64,000 nt of DNA, taken from an uncultured delta proteobacterium. Its GTDB lineage: Bacteria > Myxococcota > Myxococcia > Myxococcales > Anaeromyxobacteraceae. Location of the stretch: contig CAWFDF010000004.1 in assembly GCA_963814585.1 (NCBI GenBank), positions 128,001 to 192,000 on the forward strand, written 5' to 3'. Below the pieces are notes generated by a model. The model was not told where the DNA came from. It made no database searches and saw only the letters and a program-made list of their open reading frames with translations. Of the stretch, positions 20,211-29,133 are shown one piece after another. Both the position numbers and the translations under genes were made by a program. Within the stretch, counting starts at the first letter, position 1; every line of letters starts with the position of its first letter.

Positions 20211-21319
20211 GGCACCTCCGCCCGGAGCCGGAGCGTGAAGCGGGCCCCGCCGCCGGGCGCCTCGCCGACCTCGATGGCACCGCCGAACGACTCCAGGATG
20301 CCGTGGCACACGGCCAGCCCCAGGCCGGTCCCCTGCCCCGGCTCCTTGGTGGTGAAGAACGGATCGAAGACCCGCGGGCGCGCCTCCGGGGCGATCCCCG
20401 GTCCGGTGTCGTCCACGTCGACGATCACCTGGCCGGCCTCGAGCCGGCCGGCCACCCGCACCCGCCCCGCGCCCGCCATGGCGTCGCCGGCATTGAGGAG
20501 CAGGTTGAGGAAGAGCTGCTCCATGCGCCGCCCCTCGGCGCGAACCGGGGGCAGGCCGGACGGCAGGTCCACCTCGAGCGTGACGTCGCGGAACCGAGCC
20601 TGCACCCGGGCCAGCCGCGCCGCCGCGTCGAGCGCCCCGGCGACCGACACCGGACCGAGCGCCGGCGAGGGAGGGCGCGCGAAGTCGAGCAGGTCCCGGA
20701 CGATGGCGTCGATACGCCCGGCCTCGACGCCGATCCGCCGGAGGAAGTCCTCGACCGCCGCCGGGTCGGTGCCCCCGTCGGCCAGCCTGGCGCGGGCCAG
20801 CTCGGCGTACCCGCCGATGGCACCGAGGGGATTGCCCACCTCGTGGGCGATCCCGGCGGCGAGCCGCCCCACCGAGGCGAGCCGCTCGGATCGGAGCAGC
20901 CCCTCGCGCGCCTCGGCCAGCCGCCGGTTGGTCGCCTCCAGCTCCTGCACCTTGGCAGCCAGCCGCGCCCGCTCCTCCGAGAGCGCGGCGGCGGTCCGCT
21001 CGAAGGCCACCGCCACGCGCGCCAGGCCAGGGCCCGCGTCCTCGCCAGGCGGGCCGAGCGGGGGCAGGCCGCCCTCGGCGCCGAGGCGCGTCGCCGCCTC
21101 CACCAGCCGATCGAGCGGCCGCGCCACGCTCCGCAGCAGGAAGAGCGCGCCGACCACGAGCACCTCCACCGCCGCGGCCAGCACCAGGAGCACGAACTGA
21201 CGCGGTCCGAGCGACCGGGAGGCCAGCAGCGGGACGCCCACCGCCAGCAGGCCCGCCGCCACCACGGCCGCCACCGCGGCCAGCTGGAGGAAGAGGTGGA
21301 GCCGCAGCCGCGCCTTCAT
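20207..21319 (-). CDS. pilS2: Sensor histidine kinase, PilS2-like
   Basis: Two TMs, HAMP-like linker, AHEVGNPL H-box, NLLLNAGDA, DTGPGI, FDPFFTTK, GTGLGL. Confidence 0.85.
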   Translation of the reverse strand: MKARLRLHLFLQLAAVAAVVAAGLLAVGVPLLASRSLGPRQFVLLVLAAAVEVLVVGALFLLRSVARPLDRLVEAATRLGAEGGLPPLGPPGEDAGPGLARVAVAFERTAAALSEERARLAAKVQELEATNRRLAEAREGLLRSERLASVGRLAAGIAHEVGNPLGAIGGYAELARARLADGGTDPAAVEDFLRRIGVEAGRIDAIVRDLLDFARPPSPALGPVSVAGALDAAARLARVQARFRDVTLEVDLPSGLPPVRAEGRRMEQLFLNLLLNAGDAMAGAGRVRVAGRLEAGQVIVDVDDTGPGIAPEARPRVFDPFFTTKEPGQGTGLGLAVCHGILESFGGAIEVGEAPGGGARFTLRLRAEVP

Positions 21320-21325
21320 GCCTCG

Positions 21326-22240
21326 TCACCGGCCCACGAACGGGTCGAGGAGCGGGATGGCGTCGGCCAGCCAGGGGCCGAGGAGCAGCCACTCCAGCGC
21401 CGCCAGCGCCAGGAAGGGGCCGAAGGGGACGGCGTTCCGCGGCGGGATCCAGTCGTCCTCCTCGAGGGGGGCGGTGGCCACGGTGGTGCCGGCGCCATCG
21501 GCCGGCTCCGGACGGGACACGCCCTCCACGGCGGGCGGGCCGGGCTGCCCCTTGCCGAGCAGCAGGAGCGCGATCCCGACCAGGCTCCCCTGCAGCGAGG
21601 AGAGCAGGATGACCGGCAGCAGCGCACCGACGCCGAGCCAGCCCCCGATCCCCCCGAGCAGCACCACGTCGCCGAAGCCCATGGCCTCGCGCCGGAAGAC
21701 CCTGGCGCCGACCAGGTGGACCACCAGGAAGGCGAGGAAGCCCGCCGCGCCACCGAGGAGCGCGCCGCCGATGGAGCCGGACGGTGCGAGGTGGAGCCCC
21801 CCGGCGGCAAGGCCGAGCGCGGCGAACGGAAGGCTGAGCGAGAACGGCAGGAGCCAGGTGTCGAGGTCGATGAAGGCCAGCGCGACCAGGAAGCCAGCGA
21901 AGGCCAGCTCGGCGGCGGCCGCCGCCGAGAGGCCGTGGCGCTGCACGGCCAGGCCACCGAGGAGGGCGACCAGGAGCTCCACCAGCGGGTAGCGGGCGCT
22001 GATGTGGGCGCGGCAGCGGCGGCAGCGGGCGCGCAGGAGCAGCCAGGAGAGGACCGGGAGGTTGTCGTACCAGGCGATAGCGGCGCCGCACCCCGGGCAG
22101 CGAGACCTCGGATGGACCACCGACTCGCCCTTCGGCAACCGGGCGATGACGACGTTGAGGAAGCTGCCGACGGCGGATCCGACCAGGGCGCCCCAGGCGA
22201 CGGAGAGGGGACGGAGGATGTCGGCGGCGGCTGGATCCAC
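21326..22240 (-). CDS. pilD: Prepilin peptidase/N-methyltransferase
   Basis: GSFLNVVIARLP, SRCPGC...WYDNLPVLSWLLLRARCRRC, IDLDT, MGFGDV, VPFGPFL. Confidence 0.96.
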   Translation of the reverse strand: MDPAAADILRPLSVAWGALVGSAVGSFLNVVIARLPKGESVVHPRSRCPGCGAAIAWYDNLPVLSWLLLRARCRRCRAHISARYPLVELLVALLGGLAVQRHGLSAAAAAELAFAGFLVALAFIDLDTWLLPFSLSLPFAALGLAAGGLHLAPSGSIGGALLGGAAGFLAFLVVHLVGARVFRREAMGFGDVVLLGGIGGWLGVGALLPVILLSSLQGSLVGIALLLLGKGQPGPPAVEGVSRPEPADGAGTTVATAPLEEDDWIPPRNAVPFGPFLALAALEWLLLGPWLADAIPLLDPFVGR

Positions 22241-22350
22241 GTGGTCTCGGCTCCGGCAGGCTCACTGGCGGGAAGGGGATGATCGGCCGCGTTCGACGCG
22301 CTGTCAAAGTCGCAGGAGCCGGGTGGCTCACCCCGGTGTCACTCGTCGAG

Positions 22351-22367
22351 GTGACGGATTTCGTCAC
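22351..22367. promoter_or_regulatory. Candidate enhancer (PilR-type activator site) upstream of pilA
   Basis: Inverted repeat GTGACG-N5-CGTCAC about 85 bp upstream of the sigma54 element. Confidence 0.5.
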
Positions 22368-22451
22368 TTCCTCCACCCCGAGTGACCGGAATGGTCCAGG
22401 TGGGACGAACCTCCACACCTTGGATTTGCTGGTGGTTCCGGAAACTGGCTG

Positions 22452-22468
22452 TTGGCATCCCTTGTGCT
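22452..22468 (+). promoter_or_regulatory. Sigma54 (-24/-12) promoter of pilA
   Basis: TTGGCATCCCTTGTGCT has the GG-N10-GC spacing, about 100 bp before the pilA ATG. Confidence 0.85.
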
Positions 22469-22564
22469 AACAGTGACACCGAACCAGGCCGGGCTGCACG
22501 ACATACGTCGCCTGGCACACCGCCGGCCACCTTGATGGTGGCCCGGCCTGACAGGAGAAATCAC

Positions 22565-23200
22565 ATGAAGAAGCTGACCCGTGGCTTCACCCTCATCGAG
22601 CTCATGATCGTCGTGGCCATCATCGGCATCCTGGCCGCCATCGCCATCCCCAACTTCGTCAAGTACCAGCTCCGCTCCAAGTTCTCGGAGGCCTCCTCCA
22701 ACATCGAGGGGCTCCGCAAGGCCGAGGAGGCGCTGCGCCAGGGCGAGCGCAAGGTGATCATCGCCTCCACCGGCGCCGTCGATGCGGTCTACGTGTCCGG
22801 CTCGTACCACAACCTGGGCAACACGCGCCTGCCGGTCCTTGGTACCCACGGCACGCAGAAGTTGGCCTGGGCCGTCACCGACCTCCAGCTCGCCAACGCC
22901 GTCGACTGGCAGATCGAGGGCAACACCTACTTCACCTACCAGGTGAGCACTGGCAACTGCAATGTCTCGACGGCCGGCATGACCAACTCCGGCATCTGCT
23001 ACTTCATCGGCGCGGCCTCCGACATCGACGGCGACGCCATCGTCGCCGAGGTGGGCCTGGTCAAGCAGTCGGGGGCTGCCGTTCCCGTCCAGCCTGCCAA
23101 TCCGACCAACGTCGCCACCGCCTGGCCGGGCACGCTGGGCAGCTGCGTGGGCCCGGTGTTCGGCACCCCCTGCACCCTGACCAGCCCGGACGTCTTCTAG
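22565..23200 (+). CDS. pilA: Major type IVa pilin (211-aa prepilin)
   Basis: RBS AGGAG; MKKLTRG^[24 protein letters not shown]; myxobacterial SDIDGD motif; own sigma54 promoter and downstream hairpin. Confidence 0.95.
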   Translation: MKKLTRGFTLIELMIVVAIIGILAAIAIPNFVKYQLRSKFSEASSNIEGLRKAEEALRQGERKVIIASTGAVDAVYVSGSYHNLGNTRLPVLGTHGTQKLAWAVTDLQLANAVDWQIEGNTYFTYQVSTGNCNVSTAGMTNSGICYFIGAASDIDGDAIVAEVGLVKQSGAAVPVQPANPTNVATAWPGTLGSCVGPVFGTPCTLTSPDVF

Positions 23201-23219
23201 CCCGAGTCGCGAGTCGTAC

Positions 23220-23253
23220 CGAGGGGCGCCGTGCTGACGCACGGCGCCCCTCG
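23220..23253 (+). terminator. Strong hairpin after pilA (terminator or mRNA-stabilising stem)
   Basis: CGAGGGGCGCCGTGC-TGAC-GCACGGCGCCCCTCG, a perfect 15-bp stem with only a weak U tract. Confidence 0.75.
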
Positions 23254-23316
23254 CCTGTTCACCAGCCGGCTCTATCCTGGCCTTTTCGGAGACCGGCGCT
23301 ATCCTGCCCGAGCCGA

Positions 23317-24186
23317 ATGGACCGCCCCCGCGCCACCCTCGCCGCCCTCCTCGCCGCGGCCCTCGGCGTCGCCGCCGTGGCGCGGGCCACGCTGGAGCCC
23401 GAGGCCTTGGCCCGCGGCGCCGTCCGGGATCCGGCCTGGCTGCCGAGCGGGACCGTGCTGCGGACCGCCTCCTTCGGCCAGCGGCTCCTGCTGGCCGACT
23501 TCTACTGGCTCCGCGCCGTCAGCTACATGGGCGAGACGCTGCTGGCCAAGAGCGACCGCTGGGACGCGCTCCTCCCGCTCGCCGAGATCGTCACCGATCT
23601 CGATCCGCGCTACGGGTATGCCTACCAGGTGATCGGCTCCAACCTGGCCGGCCTGGCCCACCGCCACGCCGAGGCCGACCGGATCCTCGAGAAGGGGATG
23701 CGGGCGCTGCCGGAGCGCTGGTCGCTCCCCTTCGTCCAGGCCACCAACAAGTTCATCTTCGAGCAGGACTACGCCGAGGCGGCGCGCCTGGCCCGCCGCG
23801 CCGCGGAGCTCAGCAGGAAGCCGCACCTGGCGCTGCTGGCCGCCAACCTCTCGGCCCTGGCCAACACCGACGACGAGTACGAGGCGGCGGCCACCTTCCT
23901 GGTCCAGATGCTGGGCCAGGCCGAGCTGCCCGAGATGCGCGAGGAGCTGGAGACGCGCCTCACCCGAATCCGCACCTTCCAGGCGCTGGCCGCGCTGGAG
24001 AAGGCCGTGGCCGCCTACCGGGCGCGGACCGGCCGGCTGCCGGCGCGGCTGGGCGACCTGGTCCCCGCCGAGCTGGCCGCCCTGCCCGCCGACCCCTCGG
24101 GCGGGCGGTTCGACTACGATGCCGCCAGCGGCGAGGTGCGCAGCTCGAAGCTCGGCCCCCGCGCGCCGCTGCGCGTGACCCGCTAG
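23317..24186 (+). CDS. pilG: PilG-like accessory protein of the myxobacterial pil ABC system
   Basis: LLADFYWLRAVSY, VTDLDPRYGYAY, TPR-like helices, DPSGG tail; directly after pilA. Confidence 0.75.
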   Translation: MDRPRATLAALLAAALGVAAVARATLEPEALARGAVRDPAWLPSGTVLRTASFGQRLLLADFYWLRAVSYMGETLLAKSDRWDALLPLAEIVTDLDPRYGYAYQVIGSNLAGLAHRHAEADRILEKGMRALPERWSLPFVQATNKFIFEQDYAEAARLARRAAELSRKPHLALLAANLSALANTDDEYEAAATFLVQMLGQAELPEMREELETRLTRIRTFQALAALEKAVAAYRARTGRLPARLGDLVPAELAALPADPSGGRFDYDAASGEVRSSKLGPRAPLRVTR

Positions 24187-24197
24187 GAGATCGCCCC

Positions 24198-24974
24198 GTG
24201 CGCACCACCCTGACCATCGCCGTCACCACCCTGCGCGAGGCGCTGCGCGACCGGCTCCTCTACAACCTGGTGGTCTTCGCCGTCCTGCTGGTGATCGGCT
24301 CGCTCACCATCTCGCAGCTCACGCTGGGGGAGCAGTTCCGCATCATCGCCAACATCGGCACCTCGGCCACGCAGGTCTTCGGCACGCTCATCGCCGTCTT
24401 CCTCGGGGTCGGGCTGGTGAGCAAGGAGATCGACCGGCGCACCTGCTACCCGGCCCTGGCGCGCCCGGTCTCGCGGGCCGGCTTCGTGGCCGGCAAGTAC
24501 CTCGGCCTGCTGGCCACCCTGCTGCTCAACGTCGCCCTGATGGCGGCGGCCACCGCGGCGGTGCTCACCTGGTACCGGGGCGGCGCCGCCTTCCTCGACT
24601 TCGCCTTCGTCGCTTCCTTCGCCCTGACGCTGGTGCAGCTGGCCGTCTGCGCGGCGCTGGCCGTCCTCTTCTCCACCTTCACCACCCCCACGCTGGCCAG
24701 CATCTGCAGCCTCTCGGTCGTCGGCGCCGGCTGGCTCTTCGGCGAGGTCCGCTCCTTCTGGCTGCTGGCCCGGCAGACCGAGATGAAGGAGCTGGTCCGG
24801 GTGCTCGACGTGCTGCTGCCCAACATGAGCCTGCTCGACGTCAAGGAGGCGGTCACCTACGGTGACCCCCTCACCGTCGGCTCGGCCCTGGCCCGCGGCG
24901 CCTACGGCGCCGGCTACGCCGCGGTGCTCCTCCTGCTCGCCTCCGTCGTCTTCACGCGCCGGGACATCCGCTGA
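24198..24974 (+). CDS. pilI: ABC transporter permease, PilI-like
   Basis: TLREALRDRLLY, SKEIDRRT...LARPVSR...GKYLG, FTRRDIR. Confidence 0.8.
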   Translation: MRTTLTIAVTTLREALRDRLLYNLVVFAVLLVIGSLTISQLTLGEQFRIIANIGTSATQVFGTLIAVFLGVGLVSKEIDRRTCYPALARPVSRAGFVAGKYLGLLATLLLNVALMAAATAAVLTWYRGGAAFLDFAFVASFALTLVQLAVCAALAVLFSTFTTPTLASICSLSVVGAGWLFGEVRSFWLLARQTEMKELVRVLDVLLPNMSLLDVKEAVTYGDPLTVGSALARGAYGAGYAAVLLLLASVVFTRRDIR

Positions 24975-24976
24975 TC

Positions 24977-25936
24977 ATGGCCGACCTCGCCATCTCCTGC
25001 TCCTCGCTCTCCAAGACCTACCGGCTCGGCTTCCGCGCCCGGAAGGTGGAGGCGCTGGCCGCGCTCGACCTGGCGGTCGAGCCGGGCTCCATCTACGGCT
25101 TCATCGGCCCCAACGGGGCCGGCAAGTCCACCACCATCAAGATCCTGGTCGGGCTGGTCCGGCAGAGCGCCGGCACCGCCGCCCTCTTCGGCCGGAGCAT
25201 CGCGGAGCCGCGGGCGCGCCTCGCCATCGGCTACCTCCCGGAGAACCCGAGCTTCCACGACTTCATGCGGCCGCTCGAGGTGATGCGCTACCTCGGCCGG
25301 CTCTCCGGCCTGGGCGGCGCCGACCTGGATCGGCGCTCCGAGGCGCTGCTCGAGCGGGTCGGCCTGGGCCACGCCAGGGACCTCACGGTCCGCAAGTTCT
25401 CCAAGGGGATGGTGCAGCGGCTGGGCCTGGCCCAGGCGCTCGTCCACGATCCGCCGCTCCTCATCCTCGACGAGCCCATGAGCGGCCTCGATCCCATCGG
25501 CCGCAAGGAGGTCCGGGATCTCATCCTCGAGCTCCGTGGCCAGGGGAAGACCGTCTTCTTCTCCACCCACATCCTCCCCGACGTCGAGTCGATCTGCGAT
25601 CGGGTGGGCATGGTCTTCAAGGGCCGGCTCGTGAAGGAGGGGGCGATGCAGGGCCTCCTCGACGGCACGGTCCGAGCGGTGGAGATCCGCTGCGCCGGCC
25701 TCCGCCCGGCCCAGCTCGAGGCGCTGGCCGCGGTGACCGGCCCTGCCACCGCCGTCCCGGAAGGCCACGCCTTCACCTGCGCCTCCGTCGAGGCGGCCAG
25801 CCTGGCCGCCGCCCGCCTGCTGGAAGCCGGGGGGCAGCTGCTCTCCTTCCAGCCGCACCGCGAGTCACTGGAGGAGACCTTCGTGCGGCTGGCCGCGGCG
25901 ACCGGCAGCGGCTCGGAGCGCGCCCTGGATCGCTGA
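24977..25936 (+). CDS. pilH: ABC transporter ATP-binding protein, PilH-like
   Basis: [35 protein letters not shown]. Confidence 0.85.
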   Translation: MADLAISCSSLSKTYRLGFRARKVEALAALDLAVEPGSIYGFIGPNGAGKSTTIKILVGLVRQSAGTAALFGRSIAEPRARLAIGYLPENPSFHDFMRPLEVMRYLGRLSGLGGADLDRRSEALLERVGLGHARDLTVRKFSKGMVQRLGLAQALVHDPPLLILDEPMSGLDPIGRKEVRDLILELRGQGKTVFFSTHILPDVESICDRVGMVFKGRLVKEGAMQGLLDGTVRAVEIRCAGLRPAQLEALAAVTGPATAVPEGHAFTCASVEAASLAAARLLEAGGQLLSFQPHRESLEETFVRLAAATGSGSERALDR

Positions 25937-26098
25937 GCCCGGCGCCGTCCGCGCGCCGGCTCCTGCACGAAGTTGCCGGAATGGGTACTTCCTGCATGTG
26001 GGCCGGGGCCGACCTCCACCTACCGTGCTGCAATGACTGGTGATTTCGATGGCGCTCGCAAGCCCGTCCCTTGCATCTCGAAGGGCGTGGAGGCCTCC

Positions 26099-26776
26099 GT
26101 GAACCGTTCCACCGCCCGCCGCGGCTTCACCCTCGTCGAGATGATGGTCGTGGTGGCCGTCATCGGCATCGCCGCCGCCATGACGGTCTTCGCCTTTGGC
26201 CGCCAGAAGCCACGCCGCCAGCTGGACGGCGTGGCCCTGGAGCTGCGCGCCCAGCTGGGGGGCGCCCGGCAGGCCGCGCTGGCCACCGGCACGCCGGTCG
26301 CGGCGGTGGTCTTCCCGGATTTCGTCAGCCGCACGGGGACCGGGCGCATCGTCTTCTACCGCGACGGCGACTTCTCCCTCTTCTCCAGCGCCGCGGCCGT
26401 CAACCTGGACAACCTCGACGCCGCCGCGCCCGTCGCCGATGGCCGCAGCGAGATCCTGGAGACGCTGGACCTGGACAACGGCGTGGTGGTGGGCCCGCCG
26501 ACCGGCCAGGGGTCGTCGGCGATCCTGCCGGCCCCGTTCGCCGGAATCGCCATCAACGTGGCCTGCCCCTTCTGCACGGGGACCGACCGGCGCGGCGCCA
26601 TCGTCTTCCACCCCAACGGCACCGTGACCTTCCAGGATCGAGCCGGTCCCCCGCTGGCCATGCCACAGGGCGCCAGCCTGTCGGTGACCCGGGCCGAGAG
26701 CGACGAGGTCCGGACCATCACCGTCACCGCCAGCACCGGGCTGATGCAGACGCTCAAGTGGAACCCGACGCCGTAG
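26099..26776 (+). CDS. fimU: Minor pilin, FimU/FimT-like
   Basis: GGAGG then GTG at 26099; RRG^FTLVEMMVVVAVIGI; first gene of the minor pilin cluster. Confidence 0.75.
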   Translation: MNRSTARRGFTLVEMMVVVAVIGIAAAMTVFAFGRQKPRRQLDGVALELRAQLGGARQAALATGTPVAAVVFPDFVSRTGTGRIVFYRDGDFSLFSSAAAVNLDNLDAAAPVADGRSEILETLDLDNGVVVGPPTGQGSSAILPAPFAGIAINVACPFCTGTDRRGAIVFHPNGTVTFQDRAGPPLAMPQGASLSVTRAESDEVRTITVTASTGLMQTLKWNPTP

Positions 26777-26793
26777 GCACCGCAGGAGAGACC

Positions 26794-27321
26794 ATGGGCA
26801 CCAGGACGGCACAGCGCGGCACCACCCTGCTCGAGGCCATGATCGCCATGGGGGTGCTGATGATCGGCGCCTCCGGGCTGGTCGGGCTGCAGCGCCAGAG
26901 CAACTTCCTCATGGGCGACTCCCGCCGCACCACGCGCGCCTCGATGTTCGCCCAGGACCTCGTCAACCAGATCGAGCTCTGGGACTACGACGACCCGCGC
27001 CTCGCCAACACCAGCGCCACCAACGACGCCAGCGTCGGGGACGCCGACGAGGCCATGGCCTTCACCGCCGATCCGGTGGCGTCCGGCCTGGCCGACCACG
27101 GGGAGACCGACCTGGCCGCCAACTGGGCCGGGCTGCCCAAGGAGCTGCTCGAGGCCAACCAGATGGAGCGGTTCTGGAACGTGGCCGACGGCGCCGACGC
27201 CAACGGCAACGGGGTCCCGGACGCCAAGCGGATCGCCGTCGTCATCCGCTGGCCTGCCGGCGGCACCTGGCGCCGGACGGTCTTCATGGTCACCAAGATC
27301 AACACGGCGGACATGCTGTGA
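26794..27321 (+). CDS. pilV: Minor pilin PilV-like
   Basis: AGGAG then ATG at 26794; QRG^TTLLEAMIAMGVL; KRIAVVIRW tail. Confidence 0.75.
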   Translation: MGTRTAQRGTTLLEAMIAMGVLMIGASGLVGLQRQSNFLMGDSRRTTRASMFAQDLVNQIELWDYDDPRLANTSATNDASVGDADEAMAFTADPVASGLADHGETDLAANWAGLPKELLEANQMERFWNVADGADANGNGVPDAKRIAVVIRWPAGGTWRRTVFMVTKINTADML

Positions 27322-28601
27322 GCGCACCCTCCCAGCCCCGGACCAGCCGTGGCTTCACGCTGCTGGAGCTCGCCATCGGGATCGGCCTCTCGGCCATCGT
27401 CATCGCCGCGGCCATGACGCTGCTCATCCAGCAGCAGCGCTCCTACACCGTCTCCGCCACCGACCGGGCCCACCAGGAGGCCGGACAGGCCGCGCTGCGT
27501 GAGATCGGCTACCGGCTGCGGATGGCCGGCTACGGCGTCGATCCCAACCTGACCTTCGACTTCGGTCCCCAGGCGCTCCCGGCGCCGCGCACCGGCGCCC
27601 CGACCAACGCCGTGGTCTTCGACGCGCGGAGCACCTACCGCTGCGCCACGGCCGTCACCTGCCGCGACCGCACCGGGGAGTCGGACGAGATCGTCTTCCT
27701 CGGCCGGAACCCGCTCTTCAGCCGGACCGTGACCTCCTTCGACAGCAGCACCCTGGTCTTCCGGGGCGGGCTGACCCGGCCGATCTACAGGGGGCAGATC
27801 CTGCAGGTGGCCTGCCTGGGCGGGAGCCAGGCGCGAGGCTACGTCACGGCGGCCTCCACGGTGCTGCCCACGGCGCCCGTCCCCGATCCGGGCGAGCTGG
27901 TGCGGGTCACGCTGCAACCGGCCGCGATGGCCGGCCCGGCCCGGGTCTTCCCGTTCGAGAACGCCGTCTCCACCGATCCCTGCTGGGGCCTGACCGCCGC
28001 CGGCGAGGCGCCGGTGGTGACCCAGGTCATCCGCTACCGGTTCTACGTGGAGTGGTTCAGCCCGGCCGGCCAGGTGGTGGCCGCCCAGACCCCCGAGGCC
28101 CGGCCCTACCTGATGCTGGACCAGGGGCTCTTCGACGAGTTCGGCTTGGCCATCAACCTGCCGGTGGCCCCGGACGTCGAGGACCTGCAGATCTCCTACT
28201 ACTTCCCGCCGCCGGCGGCGGGACTGGCCAACCGGCTGGTGGGTGCCGAGGTCGGCACCAGCGCCGCGGCGGAGGCCTTCCCGCTCTCGGTGGCCGTCGC
28301 CGCCCCGGCCTACCTGGACGCCCCCGACGCCCCCTCCCGGCAGACCGGCCACCCGGCCAACATCCTGGCGGTCCGGATGGCGGTGGTCATCCGCTCCGCA
28401 GAGAAGGACCTGTCCGCCGCCACCCTCCCGGACCGGACGCTGCCGGCGCTGGGCAACCGGCCCCCCACGGTCGGGCTCTCCAACTACCGGCGCACCCTCT
28501 TCGAGAACACCGTGCTGATCCGCAACCTGCGGAGCACCGCCTTCCCCTATCCACAGGTCGACCCCGCCCGCGTGGATGGCTTCAACGTCGGCGGCGGGTA
28601 A
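27318..28601 (+). CDS. pilW: Minor pilin PilW-like
   Basis: SRG^FTLLELAIGIGL; LRMAGYG; VEDLQISY; IRNL tail. Confidence 0.8.
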   Translation: MSAPSQPRTSRGFTLLELAIGIGLSAIVIAAAMTLLIQQQRSYTVSATDRAHQEAGQAALREIGYRLRMAGYGVDPNLTFDFGPQALPAPRTGAPTNAVVFDARSTYRCATAVTCRDRTGESDEIVFLGRNPLFSRTVTSFDSSTLVFRGGLTRPIYRGQILQVACLGGSQARGYVTAASTVLPTAPVPDPGELVRVTLQPAAMAGPARVFPFENAVSTDPCWGLTAAGEAPVVTQVIRYRFYVEWFSPAGQVVAAQTPEARPYLMLDQGLFDEFGLAINLPVAPDVEDLQISYYFPPPAAGLANRLVGAEVGTSAAAEAFPLSVAVAAPAYLDAPDAPSRQTGHPANILAVRMAVVIRSAEKDLSAATLPDRTLPALGNRPPTVGLSNYRRTLFENTVLIRNLRSTAFPYPQVDPARVDGFNVGGG

Positions 28602-28611
28602 GGAACGGACC

Positions 28612-29124
28612 ATGCGCCACCTGCAACGCGGCAGTGCCCTCGTCATCGCCACCATCGTCACCCTGATCATCGCGGTGATCGGCATCGGCATGGTCCGGTT
28701 CACCTACCGCCAGACCGCCGGCGCCCTGGCCGGCACCCGGGCCGACGCCCTCTCGGCCTGCGCCGAGGCGGCGCGCAAGATGCTGGAGAGCCGCTTCCAC
28801 GCCCTCTCCCCGACCCAGCCCTTCGACGTGGCCGCGCTCAACGTCAGGCTGGACGGCCCGGGCGGCCGGATGGCCGCGGTGGGCGGCCACATCGACGCCG
28901 ACCCGGCCCAGCTGCTGCTCACCATCAAGCAGGTGGAGCTGCTCAGCCCCAAGGTGATCCAGACCCAGTACAACGAGGAGGACTCCACCAACACCGTCCG
29001 CTTCACGGGATCGATCGGCGGCGCGCCGCTCAAGATCACCGTCCACTGCCAGGAGGGCGACCTCTCCAGCCCCACCTCCGGCCGGCAGATGGAAATCGAA
29101 TACGCCGTGAAGTTCGGCCTCTAG
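28612..29124 (+). CDS. pilX: Minor pilin PilX-like
   Basis: ATG at 28612; QRG^SALVIATIV lacks Glu5, which is typical of PilX. Confidence 0.75.
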   Translation: MRHLQRGSALVIATIVTLIIAVIGIGMVRFTYRQTAGALAGTRADALSACAEAARKMLESRFHALSPTQPFDVAALNVRLDGPGGRMAAVGGHIDADPAQLLLTIKQVELLSPKVIQTQYNEEDSTNTVRFTGSIGGAPLKITVHCQEGDLSSPTSGRQMEIEYAVKFGL

Positions 29125-29133
29125 GAGCCCACC

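Noticed and set aside
18009..22418. 1469-aa ORF as a single giant protein
   Set aside because: The first half is an off-frame shadow of pilD and pilS2. Only the part from the GTG at 20210 (RBS, GTGA overlap) looks like a real protein.
26055..26080. Sigma54 promoter for the minor pilin cluster
   Set aside because: TTGCA is present, but the -24 position reads AG rather than GG.
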